From the human T2T-CHM13v2.0 reference genome, Homo sapiens, in the NCBI RefSeq assembly GCF_009914755.1, contig NC_060933.1: DNA of 64,000 nucleotides; one strand, 5' to 3'. This document shows positions 29,139 to 51,323 of this stretch, in pieces. The position numbers and the translations under genes were made by a program. Under the pieces are notes generated by a model. It had not been told where the DNA came from and searched no databases. It saw nothing but the letters and a program-made list of their open reading frames with translations. Position 1 is the stretch's first letter. Every line of letters begins with the position of its first letter.

Positions 29139-31278
29139 CTAATTTAGGCAATTACTAATGTGAGATTTTGTTTTCTTATTTGTTCTTTTGTTTGAAGACA
29201 AATAATTAACAATTAAAAAGAATACATTGCAATTTTAAAATGTTATCATATTCAGAAAATATGTATGAAATAAAATTTGCACTTATAAAACAAAAATATT
29301 ACACTTCATAGTTGGCAAACATTTTAAATTTTAAATTAAAAAATTTTTAAATTGTGATTGAGTCACACTGAATGGTGAAATTAAATGAATTCAAATCCTG
29401 TTTCTTCATCTTTGCAATCACTGTGCTATCATTGTTTCTTTCTAATCTACATAGAAATAGGTCTCACCACAGGGGTTGAAGATTCAACTGCACCCAAAGC
29501 AAGATCCAGTGTTTCCAAACTGTTAGGAGCTCTTGAAATGGATGTGGGTAACCAAGGCTATTGTGCCAAGGGTTCTGAGAATCAACTTCCACATCGAACA
29601 TTTATCAAAAGGTAAATAGCACAGGACAGAGGACCAGAAAAAAGAAAGTCACGCAGAGAAAGAAATCAGGAGACCTTGCATTTGTAACTTGACTATACAT
29701 TTGCAATATACTCCCTACTTTGAACAACTTAGAAAAAAACATTTCTTTCTTACAAACACAGTTTCCTCCTGAAAGGAATTTTGATGTATTCTATTTTCTG
29801 ATGTCTTACTATTTTGGATGTGTATCCACGTTATAGGCAACGAGATGTTTTGTTTATAAATAAATGTAGAAGAAAAATAGATGTTTTTTAGAAGCAAATT
29901 CTGGTTCTTGTTATATCTTCTGAAACTTCCAAATCCAATTTTGTTATGCATTGCCACCATGATGCTATTACTTCAGTAGAACAGGATGTCCTCAAAGAGT
30001 GAAATGGTTACGATGAGTCTAGAATGACCTGGAGGTGCCAGATTATGGGCCTTAACTCCTAGCATTTCTCAAGTAGTTACTACATGTCCAAGACTTTGCT
30101 AAGGGATTTGCAAATTCTAACTTATTTTTAAATTCCATAACAGCTCTGAGATAAGTGCTGTAGTTAAACATAATTTTAAAGATGAGGATGCCAAGAATTC
30201 AAGAGATCAAATGAGTTACCTAAAGTTACACCTAAGAAGAGCAGGAAAGCTGAGACCAGAGCTGAGGCCATCTGGCTGGAGAGCCTGAGCTCTTAGCCAT
30301 CATATTACACCGACTTTCTGTTCCAGATATGCCAGCTACTTCTATCTTTATATCAGTATCTCCTAGGCAGCAATTTTATACTCTGGCCTTTTGTCATTTT
30401 TACAGAAGCACTAATAATGATGCACAAAATTATTTTGTGTAAAAAAATTAAAATTTTTGTTTTTAATAGTTTTTGTAGAATCTATTAAAATATTAATATT
30501 CATAGTTCATAAGAAAATATTAATAGTTATTTCATAATAGCTTAAGTAACTATTGAACAAAAGTTAAAAATTTATTAGAAGTAAATATCAATGGTATAAA
30601 TCAAATTATTTAATCTTTATGCACAAATATTACTTATCGCTAAAATGAAACTGGGTTCAGCATTATCTATTTTTCATTTTGATAGAATTAAGTACTGACA
30701 AAACTTGCTGACAAATAGAAATGGAAAGGTTCTTGGTTATAATAAAGCTACTCAACTCGTACTCCTCACAAAATATGTTAAAAAATAACATAGTGAACCA
30801 CAACAAATATAATTTTTGCTAACAGCTTTGTTGAGCTATAATTAACATACCATAAATAATGCATAAAATTCATTGGTCTTTGTTCACAGAGTCATGCGAC
30901 CATCGCAACTACATAATTCAAAGAAAAATTTTATCACCCAAAAAAGAAACTCTGTACCTATTAGCAGTCATTCTTCATTCTCCCTACCCGTGGAAATCAC
31001 TAATCTACTTTCTGTCTCTATAGATTTGCCTATTCTGGACATTTTATATAAATCAAATCATGCAATAGATGGCCTTTTGCTTTTGGCTTCTTTTACTTAG
31101 CATAATGTTTTCAAAGTTCATCCATGGTGTAGCGTGTACCAATACTTCATTCATTTTTATGGAATGGATACACTACATTTGTTTATGCAATTTACGAACC
31201 GATGGACATACGGGTTGTTTCCACTTCTGTGCTATTATGCAAAGTGCTGCTATGAAAATTACCCATTTTTTTGTGTAA

Positions 31279-31690
<412 letters not shown>

Positions 31691-32786
31691 TAGTAGCTGC
31701 ACAATTTTACATTTTTACCAGGAATATATGAGGGTTTCAATTTATCCACATCCTCAGCAACACTTCGTGGCCTGTCTTTTTATTATAGCCATTCTTGTGG
31801 GTGTAAAGTAGAATCTCAATGTGGCACTGATTTGCATTTCTTTAATGACTAATGATATTGGACATCTTTTCGTGTGCTTACTATCCATTTGCATATTTCC
31901 TTTACCAAAATGTCTATTGTGATAACATTTCCTACTTTAAAAATTGGTTATGTTTTTTATTACTGAGTTGTAAGTATTCTTTATGTATTATGGGTACAAA
32001 TTCATTATCGGATGTATGATTTAAAAATATTTTCATCCCTTCAGTGTTTTGTCTTTTCACTTTTCTTGACAGTGTCTTTTAAAGCACAAAAGTTTTTAAA
32101 TTTATCTATTACTATCTAATTTACCTATTTTTTATTTTGTCTCTAGTGCTTTTGCTGTCCTTAGAAACCATCCTCTCTAATCAAAGGTTACAAAGATCTG
32201 ATCTTATGTTTCTTCTAAAAGTTTTGTAAATTTTATTAAACACAAGGTCTCTGATTTATTTTGTGCTAATTTGTGTATACAGTGTGAGAAATTGGTCCAA
32301 TTTTATGATTTTGCTGTTAGATATCAGTTGTTGAAAAGACTATTCTTTCCCCTTAGAATTGTCTTGTCATCTTGTTCACAATCAATTTTTCACAAATGCA
32401 TAGTTTTGTTTCTGGACTCTCAGTTCTATTTTACGGATGTATATGTCTATCCTGATGTTGGTACCACACTGTCATGATTACTGCAGCTTTGCATTAGGTT
32501 CTGAAATTGGGAAGTGCGAGTCCTTCAACTTTGTTCTTTTTCAATATTATTTTGGTTAGTCTGTACCTTTTACATTTCCATATAAAATTTTAGGACCAAT
32601 TTGTCAATTTCCACAAAACAGGAAGCTGACATCTGCTAGGGATTGCCTTGAATCTGAAAATCAATTTCAGGAGTATTGCTATCTTAACAATATTAAGTTT
32701 TCCATCCACGAACATGTGATGTCTTTTCATTTGTTTAGGTCTTCTTTTTTTCAGTGAAGTTTTGTTGATCACAATGTACAAGTCTT

Positions 32787-33387
32787 GTTACAGTCAGTAG
32801 CTAGTCAGACATGAACAGGGCAGGAAACACCAGGAATGTCAGGCGAACATCAGGTGATGGTCAGGCGGTTCTTAACTGTCTTTCTAAAATAATCGGTCAC
32901 AGCCAGCACCAGGGAGAGACAATCTCCCAATAGAGAGAAAAAACCTGAAACTGGCTATCAGCAGCTTCCCAAAAAGATCTCAGGAGTTGGACAAATGGGC
33001 TCAATCATGCACAATAAGAGACAAAATGGTGGAGTTTAACTGGTACATGACCTTCCTCTACAAACTGGTAAGGGAATGCCTCAAGTGAGCATGTGTGCAA
33101 TTTCAGTGAACATATTGCACATGCAGCCACATTGTGCATGCAGATAGCTCAGCCCAAGGGAAGACCCAGGGGAGAAGTAATGCAAGACCCTGGAAGCATG
33201 CCAATGTATAAAACCCCAAGTTAAAAGGTCAAACAGTGCACTTGATTTCTCAAGTCCCCTGCTTGGCCCTCTTCCAAGTGTACTTTACTTCCTGTCATTC
33301 CTGCTGTAAAGCTTTTAAATAAACTGTCACTCCTGCTCTAAATCTTGCTCAGTCTCGCACTCTGTCTTACGCCCCTCAGTTGAATTC
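32787..33387 (+). mobile_element. MER41-family ERV1 LTR (3' end truncated)
   Basis: Starts tgttacagtcagtagctagtcagacatga; LTR TATA (gtataaaa) and AATAAA present. Confidence 0.7.
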
Positions 33388-34239
33388 AAGTATGATAGCT
33401 GTGGAGTTTTCAGTCTTTACTAGATTGAGGATATTTTTTTCTATTCATTGTTCATTTTTTTTTAATTGTGAAAGAGTGTTGGATTTTGTCAAGTGCATTC
33501 TCTGCGTCTGTTGAGAGGATCATGCAATTTCTGTCCTTTATTCTACTAACATGGTATATTTCACTGATTGACTTTCATGTGTTAAACAACCTTGCATTCC
33601 TGGGATAAATCCCACTTGATCAAGGTATATAATCCTTCCCATATGTTGCTGGATTCAGTTCAATTGTAATTTTTTTGTTGTTAGGGATTTTTTTCATCTA
33701 TAGTCATAGGATACATTTGTCAGCACTTTTGTTTTCTTGTAATGTCTTTGGTTTTGGCATCAGAATGATACTGACCTCAGAGCATGGGGAATTGCCCCCT
33801 CCCTTCTGTTTTTTGGCAGTTTGTGAAGTGCTGTTTGTTTTTTAAGAGTTTGGTATGATTGACCAGTGTAGCTATCATCACCTGCACTTTTCATTGAAGA
33901 AATAATTTTTTATTACTAATTCAATCTTTTACTTGTTATAGATCTATTGCAATTTTCCATCTCTTTGTAAGTTAGTTTGTGTCCCTCAAGAAGTTTTTCT
34001 GTTTTGTCTAGGTTAGATAAATTGTTAATACACAACTTTTCATAGTGTTTCCTTATATTCCTTTTTATTTCTGGAAGGTCCATAATGACATCCTCTATTT
34101 CATTCCTGGTTTTAGTAATTTTAATACTGTCTTTTTACCTTGGTTAATCTAGCTAAAGGCTTGTTCATTTTATTGGCATTTTTCATTTTAAAGAACGAAC
34201 TTTTGGTTTTATAGATTTTACCTATTGTTTTTCTATTCT

Positions 34240-34623
34240 CTTAATCCCCAATGTAACAAAATTGAGAGGTGGAACCTTTAAAATGTGATTTGGTCCTGAG
34301 GGCTCTGTTCTCAGGAATATAATCATGTTGTTATCAAAGGAGTGGTTTCCTGATAAAAAGATGATTTTGGCCCTGTTCCCTTCTCTGTCTCTCATCTGTG
34401 TGATGCCTTCAACCATGCTATGATGCAGCAAGAAGGCCCTCAACAGATGTGTCCCCTCAATATTGAACTTCCCATTTGATCATAGTATATAATCCTTCCC
34501 ACGTGTTTCTGGATTCAGTTTGCTGAGTTCAGCCTCTGGAACCATGAGCCAATAAATTTCTGTTCTTTATACATTACCCAGTCTCAGGTATTCTGTTATA
34601 GCAACGCAAAACGGACTAAGACA
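34240..34623 (+). mobile_element. MST/MLT1A-type MaLR solo LTR
   Basis: aatccccaatgt...gaggtgg... to ...cccagtctcaggtattctgttatagcaacgcaaaacggactaagaca. Confidence 0.8.
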
Positions 34624-35363
34624 AGTAAGTGCTCTGCTCCACAGAGTCATTCAAGGTTCTAAGTTTCTGGCAGCTTTGACATCCTCGACTGGGAGCTTAA
34701 AGGTCACTTTAAGTGTGGACATTTAGTGACAGATGGAGGCTGACAACTAGCCAAAGGCTTGGAAGCAATATAATTACTTATTCAAATTCTATTGGCCAAG
34801 ACTCAGGGATATAGCCACATTGAACTAAATAGGGTAGGGGAGAACTAGGAAATGTAGTCTAATCTTATGGCAGGAAGAAGAGGAAATGGTTTTGATGATT
34901 AGCTGCCAGCCTCTGCCATAAGAAATTTGCAAAAGTGGGGGATTTGGAGTAAAATGTGTACAATGTATCTCCGGGCCTCTTGAGACAGGCAGAGATGTGG
35001 GAACATCTGGCCTGTTGGGGCAGACTTTCTGAAAGGCAGCTTTTTAGGTGTGATTCCTTGTACTCATTGATAGTGTTTGGTTTACATTACAGCTTATGTT
35101 CTGGGAAGAGTGTGTATGGAACATTTGGCTTCAAACAAATGCCCAGAAAACTGACACTTCTCATTATAAATGATCAAGTTGGCTTTCTGTGAAACTAAGT
35201 CTTCAGTGTATTTAGTGTGAGTCAGTTGCTCACAGTTAAACTGATCGTTAGTGTTCTGAATGTGCAGATCATAAATGTTAAATTGAGCAGTATGAACGTA
35301 AAAACAGCATTGAGATTATTCTGTCTTCCTACCTCACATTAAACAAGAAATTAAGTAATATTA

Positions 35364-35696
<333 letters not shown>

Positions 35697-36779
35697 TGGG
35701 TATGTAGCATTAATGCCAGAAGGTCACATAAAATGATCTTCTCTGTAATTTATACTCTCACATCAAAACACGATGTAATGAATTTTGGTGAATTTTAATC
35801 TGACTCTTGATGGGAAGTAGAACAACTATAGAGCAACAATTCTTCCCTATTTTATTTTGTCAACACTATAGAGAAACATACTGCAGGAGTTTTTGAGAGA
35901 AGGCATCTAGTTAATCAGGCAAAGTCTTACAGGTCGAGTGCCTGGAACAGTCCTAGTAACACCTGTTGCTATGACATCATCATTAAAAACATCCCCTTTT
36001 ACTCCCAAAGGAGTTCAGGTTTGAATGATAAATTATATGGTAACCCTATGAGCTGGGAGCAGTGCCTTTGTGTGGCCACCCCTCTTCAGGGTCTGGTTCA
36101 CAACCTTGCAGAACCAGAAAATCAGGGTGTTAGGAAACTCAGGCTGATTGAGGAGAGGATGGGAGTTGATTCAAACCAAGGAAATTCCAAGAGACGGATG
36201 CTTAAATCAGAACACTAACTTCCTAACTTATGAAGAATGTAGCTGCCAAGGGAAGTAGAAACTAATGTTAGTTTGTGTGTTCTCACCCTTGAAGGGTGGT
36301 CTCCGTGGAAAGACAATGATCATAATCATAAGTCTGTGGGTGAGAGGAATCAGGCAATGGGTGTTTTTTCTGGAGAAGCTGCTGGAATTTGCAAGCCATG
36401 TTTCAGTACTTGGTACCCAAAGAAAGCATACTTTTGTCCTACTAAGAGTTTTCCTTTATAACATTGAAAATGGCCTCAGTTCCCTTTCCAGAGAGAAATT
36501 TGGAATAAGCATCAACTAAAGGTAAAGAATAGGGATGTGTGATTCCAACCAACCTTCTGTTCTTTACTGATAATAACGGATAAGCTCTCTCACCCATTGG
36601 CAAGAACTCTCAGGGCTGATGTCAGTGGCAGACCATCCCCTGATGCCTGAGGTTCAGCCAGGAGCATCCTTCTCCACTCTCTCCTTGCTTGTAACATTGG
36701 AGGTTGCCGAGATCCAAAATATTCACCACCATCCCTGCCGCCACCCCAGTTCCCAGTAGATAATAGATACAATGGCCAG

Positions 36780-37005
36780 GAGAGGGTTAAAAGCAGCTTT
36801 ATTAATGGATTGGAGAGCACAGCTGGGATCTGAGGCCTAAGCAAGGTTCCTTTCTTCTTCTGTGAAGTGACGGCTGCCGAGCCCACTGGGTGGGGCCCAC
36901 CGAACTTACCCACCCAGTCACAGACGGAGGCTGGAACATGGAGAGCCAAGTCTTGGCTGAGCTCACCACGGGCAGGTTCTGCTGGGTCTGTTTACTGCAT
37001 GGAGA
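36780..37005 (-). CDS. FRMD3: FRMD3 alternative distal terminal exon (coding part 37005-36992: VSMQ*)
   Basis: Long polypyrimidine tract plus cttccag|TCTCCATGCAGTAA; AATAAA at 36803-36798; joins in frame to the internal donor TCAG|GTATTG at 41845. The exon 3' end (36780) is estimated from the poly(A) signal. Confidence 0.7.
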
Positions 37006-37716
37006 CTGGAAGCCCAGATGCAGGTCCAAGAGAAAAGGAGAGAGGGAGAGAGAAAAGAAGCAGGAGGACAAGTAAGCAGCGACCTTCAGCACATTGTCTC
37101 CACCCTGTAGAGAGTGGCCCAGAGGGACTCAAGCCCTGTCAACCACAACCATCCCAGAAGTCACCCCAGGGGTGGAAGACTCTCCCCAGTACTTTTTCTC
37201 CAGGGTGGGAATGTTGGTGGGAGAGTCTTCCTCTATTTGGCTAAGGAGAAAATGTAGGAATAAAGCAAGAGTTTCCTCCAGGCAGTGACAATGGGTCAGG
37301 AGTTCAATGAACTGCTCAGTGAGTAAGTGGCCAACCGCCATTTTGTGTGAGCCTTTTGGGTCAGCAGACACTAACCCAAAGGCACTGGCTTGAGATGCTG
37401 GAGTCAGAACTATAGGTCCGTAAGCTTCCTCACATCTGAATGCTAATCACTGAATTCCTTTTCTTGCCTGTAGTCTAGAGCCTGTACTTCTAAGGACTGC
37501 TGAATAAGGCATGAGGCCACCATAGCTAAGGGCCAATTCTGCTTGACTTCTATTGTATTCCTGCAATTAAGAGAACTCCCCTACCCCTTTTGTTTCATTC
37601 CAAGTAACACCTTTTGGTTTAACTGTTAGGTATGGAGTTGTTAGCTTTGCGCCAAACCTAAGCAGAAGACCTGTCAAGGCTACGCTGGGCAGAGGGGAGG
37701 ATAGAAGTGGAATCAT

Positions 37717-37936
<220 letters not shown>

Positions 37937-40157
37937 GTGGAATCGTGAGATTCCTCCAAGGTGCGTGAACAGATAGAGAAGTTTAATGGCAAGTGTCACA
38001 GAGTTGAGTCTCATGCAGCTCTCTCTGGCGTGGGAAGGCACCCTTTTCTGGCCAGTGATGATAACATATTAATTTCTAGCACTCTGAAATCCATGCTCCT
38101 ATCTGTCAGTCAGAATACCCCTCTTCTATTATTTTTTCTGTGCTTTTCTATTTCTCTGGTTAACTTAATATCATGAATTAGATCAAGGTTTATTTTATGT
38201 TTGAGCATATTTTCAGTGCTAGTATTCCTGCTTTGGGCCTGGATGACTTCTGCAAAGGGTTAATCTAATCTATTACCTGGGATTTTTTTTTTTAATACTA
38301 TCACCATTATATGTTGACCTCATTTCATGGTCCTAGAGGGAATCCTTTTATAGTTTCCAACAACCTGACTATACAACTTTACTTTAAATAAAACTGAATG
38401 ATTGCAAAAAATTTTACCCCAGAGTATTTTTATTAGGGATTCCTGCCACCATATTAACATATAAAACAATCTGGATGTTGACATAGAAATGCAAATTTCA
38501 CTATACAAAGGTAAGGCTCCAATCACAGTAACATGGCCCCCATATCTCTAGTATTTCAATGAAATAAACTCATTGTGAATTCACCCCGAGTTGTGTTTAT
38601 AAATATTAGACAAACCACAAAATATATTCCAAATACATAACATTTTACAATATTTTTCAAGCACAGACAAATACATACTTTACTTTACCTACATTGTTTT
38701 CATGATCCAACTTGCATTAGCACTAAAGGCAATATTGTGTGTGTATATGTATTTGCCATATGTGTGTGTGTATTATATATATTTATTTATATCCACAAAT
38801 GTACACTCAGTGGCATTTATGGAAAATTTAACCCTTTCAGGCTGTGGGTTTTACCCACCATAGTATCTGAGAGGGAGAAGAACCAATAATACATCTCAAA
38901 TTCCTCAATTAGGGCAAAATAAGCACAATTATGCATGAGGGGCATATATGTTGTGTCTATTCAAAGACACACATATATACAGATTCATATATAAACACAC
39001 ATATACCAATAATATGGAATATACATATACTCACACACTTGCTTTAAACTCTATATCTCACTCTATAATATACTGTCCATCTCTGGAAGCAGGCTTTTCC
39101 TCATTCGATTCAGGCAACTGGTGACTATCTTCTAACAAAACTTAAATGGATGTTTCTAAAAGGCTCTGATTCTATGCCGAGCAAATGGCATTTCAAGATT
39201 CCAGTTTAACTTTTGATGGCTGTTTAAATTCAGCAGACCCTATTCTGTCAACTTCTTCACTTAAAAACATTTCTATTCAACAATGAAGTTTCCACCTAAG
39301 AGAAAAGAGATGTTAGCTGGAAATGTTAAAATAATATATTTATTACTCCTTAAGATAAATCTGCATCGTTGGATTACATGTGATATTTATACTATCATAT
39401 TTTTTAAGTATTTTACAATGGAAAATATATTAGTTCCATAATTTAAAAAATATTATATAATATTATTTTGAAAGACTGAGGGCCAGATGATTTGTCATAG
39501 TCAGAACTTTAGAGAAAATTATATGACGCATGATCAGAAGGGGACTAATTTTGTGCAGACTACACTAAAGTTGCCTTATGTCAGAAAGGATGACTTAGAA
39601 GTCGTATGAGAAAAGAAGGAGAAAAACACAAATTTCAATTTCAAACCTAGCCATCTGCAAGCTTCCAAAATAAATTGTTGAGGATTCCAATCACAGAAAA
39701 TATATTCCTAAATCAGTATCAACTTTCAGGTAATAAACAAACAATCTTTATTTAAAAAGCAAAATAAATCACTGAAAGCATATAGGAAAGGAAACCCCTC
39801 AAACTTAATGGCAAATATATAGTCATTTGCTCGACTGCAGGCTTCACGAACTGAGTTTCAAAACTCATTTCCAAAATTAAATGTCCAGTGAAGTACTCAG
39901 AGCTCCACTGAGTGAGTGGAAATGTATTGCCCAATTTAGAAATCATGCTAATGATAGGGTTGGAATGTCATTAGCTAGAGAGAGCGATTCCAAGTGGGCC
40001 CTGTAACTTTGTACATTAGGGCAGTGGAATGTTTTCAATCCACAGAGAAGCTCTATGCTCCATGGCATAAGTTCTAGACTCTTATCTTTCTCCCACATAA
40101 CACAGTATCAGCAGGTAGTCTGCATGGGAAGGCATCAGTACGTTGCTGATGGTACAA

Positions 40158-40246
40158 TGCTCTAGTACCTTCCTTGATACCATTAAATTGTTGGATTAAA
40201 TCCTTTCCATCATGGATTTAATGGTATCAAGGAAGGTACTAGAGCA
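40158..40246. repeat. Perfect 31-bp inverted repeat with 27-nt loop
   Basis: TGCTCTAGTACCTTCCTTGATACCATTAAAT (40158-40188) is the exact reverse complement of 40216-40246. Confidence 0.97.
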
Positions 40247-40425
40247 CTGGTCCCCTCTACAGTCTGGTTAGGGTCATGTCACTACTTTACCCAGGCTGAA
40301 CTGGTATGTCATCTCATGAGGCCTCTCCAGTTTCTCTATGGAAGTCAAATTTTAAAACAACTGGGAAAGGAAAGGAGTATAATGACCACCGCAAAACATG
40401 ATCATGGACATGTATCAAAAAGCCA

Positions 40426-40432
<7 letters not shown>

Positions 40433-40474
<42 letters not shown>

Positions 40475-40482
40475 GCACACTC
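40433..40482. repeat. (CT)n(CA)n compound microsatellite in the 3'UTR
   Basis: Seen directly. Confidence 0.95.
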
Positions 40483-41707
40483 ACATACAAACACATTTTT
40501 GAAGTTTCTTCTACAGAATCACAACAAATGGCATGAGGGATCAAAATATTTACCTTAAAGTTTCTCCACTTTTATTTAGATCCACTTAAACATGTTCATG
40601 TTAACTCAGACAGCGACTGCACTGCTCTTCACATCATCGAACGCTGGCATCACCATCACTTTCATAAAATAGACCATTCGCCTGTCACCATTTGCCTGCC
40701 AGCCTCACCAGAACTCATTTTTGCCACTTTCCATTTCTCCAGTTCCTATCTGCCTTCACTCTTGGGTTAATGTACATTGATATGCAACTGACTAGCACAT
40801 CTGTTACCTTTTTTCCTTTAAACTCTCACTTTCTTTTTAAAACATCTGCTTCTCCAGCCAAAATATACGGACAGAATACAAATGAAAATAACAAGTCCTC
40901 TTGTCCAAATACTTTGAAAAATGGACCACCCTGAGTCCACTTGATGCTCTCAGTTTCTACATCCTCCAGTTCCATCCTCTGTTTTAGCAGCTTACTTACT
41001 ATAGTGTCTTTCTACCCATTTTCTATCTCCTATGCAGATCATAACAAATTATGGTATTGTTCAGCCAAAAATATTTTTAAAAACAAAGTAGCGCCAAAAC
41101 ATTAAAAAAATTCTGATATACCTTTTGTGCATTAGTCTTACAATCTGTACATGTAAATAACTCCAGGAGGCTTCTTTTTTTTTTTTGCTAAAAATTTACC
41201 AAAATAGTTTGAACACATAAAAATATTTTTAAAAAAACAGAACCAAAAACCCAGCATAAATTTAGTTGTATAGGCATTGGTTAGAGGACACTGTTTTCAC
41301 TAAGGATTATATTCAACAACTTTCTCTTGAGTTGTTACTAAAATTCTGATTCTGAACCTTATAGCTTATAATGGTGCCAACTATTAGAAATGGGAAAATC
41401 TAATTCAGTCCAATGTAACATGTATTATGATATAATAGATGAAGGGTATGTCTACACTATAATAAAAAATAAACATATTTTTGGTTATTTAAAGACCATC
41501 TTCCTAACCTGTAACTAAAATAACTGTATTTGATTTAAACTTATTTAAGTGCAGTGAATTATGGAAAGCTAACTTAAAGGTTTGAATAATCAATTATGAG
41601 TAAGGAACACCTGTTGACAGCCCCGTGACCCTTCAGAACCAGGCATTTGCTGAAAAAAAGAAATCACTAGCATTGAATATAGCCCTTAGTCACGTGAGAG
41701 ATTAACT

Positions 41708-42328
<621 letters not shown>

Positions 42329-43424
42329 CTAAATTTAAAATTTCAGATTTTCCCACAAAAATCTGCAGGAAGAAACAGAAAAACAAAAAACTAATGGGAT
42401 TCAAGCAATCTATGAAATTATTCTGTGGTATCCTAAGTTGTAACAAAGTCGTATTATAGTAAAAGACCCTGTACCATAAGTTCAAAGGTCAACATGCTAA
42501 ACTCAAACTAACCAACACTTCTCAAATGGTTGGCAATATTTACAACATTTAGGTGTGCAATTTTGATCTGCAAACCTTGAACCTTGGCCATGTTTGCTTG
42601 AATAAAATGACAATAAATTCACTATTATAATTATGAGCACTGTTTTTTTAGAGGTCAACAATATCACCCGATATATTATAGTAAAACAACAGAATCTGTC
42701 ATTCAATGACAATCTCTTTATTATTCTGATGTATTGCTTTCTAGTCTTCATTCTAGACACAATTTTGTGTTCTAGTTTTATATATTTGCAATCATATTAT
42801 ATACCCAAGCTTAAATCATGCTCCTTGCATTTAAAATTTTAACATAAATATTTTCTATGTTTAAACAAATTCCCATTGGTATTATTTATAAAAGCTGCCA
42901 AATTTTTTATTTAGTTATGCAATAAATTAGTTGCCTATTGTCAAACATTTAGATTGCTTTGCAGTTGTAAGGAGAAAATGCTATGAGACATCTTTACATA
43001 TAAAGCTTTTTTTCCCCTCTTGTTTTAGTTCATTTGCTATAGATAGATGCTAGAAGGGAAATTGCTTAATCAAAGGGTAAGAACTTTTTCTAATGTTTAT
43101 TGAGAGAGAGGTGTTTCTCAATGCCTCATTTTACTGATGGGAAATCGAGTTACCTATGGTCAGACCTAGGGCTAACTCTGCTAATTTTGAGTCTTGGATC
43201 CATAGTGGGAAATAAAGTTAGCATCAAAGAAGTGTCCTCCAGGATGGATCTACCATACAATCAAAATGGCAGCCAGGTGCATTTCGGGAACCATAAACCA
43301 GCTTTTAATGAATCTATTATGTGATTTTTCTCTCTTCAAGGTGTACAGGCATAACTTACTGGTTTTAGCATTCAAAAATCAACAGATATTTCATGATAGC
43401 TCTAGTCTGATAGCACTGAGAAGT

Positions 43425-43772
43425 CCAAATGAAAAATACCATAAAAATACAAGAAATATACAAAAGGTCAACAAGCACATGAAAGTATGCTGAACATCAT
43501 TAATCATTAGGGAAATGCAAGTCAAAACCACAATAAGATGCTACTTTATGCCTACTCAGATGGCAACAGCTTTTTTAAAAACTGAAAATAACAAGTGTTG
43601 GTGAGGATGTGAAGACATTAGAACCCTGCATATTGCCAGTGAAACTATAATTGGTTCTGGCCATTGTGAGAAAAAAATTGACAGTTCCTCAAAAAATCAA
43701 ACATAAAGTTATCAGATGACCCAGCAATACCACTCCCAGGTACATACTCCAAAGACTTAAAAACAGGTACTC
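43425..43772 (+). mobile_element. L1M ORF2/3' fragment
   Basis: caacaagcacatgaaa...tcattagggaaatgcaagtcaaaaccaca... degenerate L1. Confidence 0.75.
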
Positions 43773-43779
43773 AGAACGC

Positions 43780-51323
<7,544 letters not shown>

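Larger units (their letters stand above)
38410..41707 (-). other. FRMD3: FRMD3 long 3'UTR with poly(A) signal at 38434-38429
   Basis: Transposon-poor AT-rich stretch after the stop codon; AATAAA on minus (plus TTTATT 38429-38434). The end is estimated. Confidence 0.65.

Noticed and set aside
32787-33387. MER41 as an interferon-inducible STAT1 enhancer
   Set aside because: No intact TTCNNNGAA GAS motif seen at the expected position (ttcccaaaaa).
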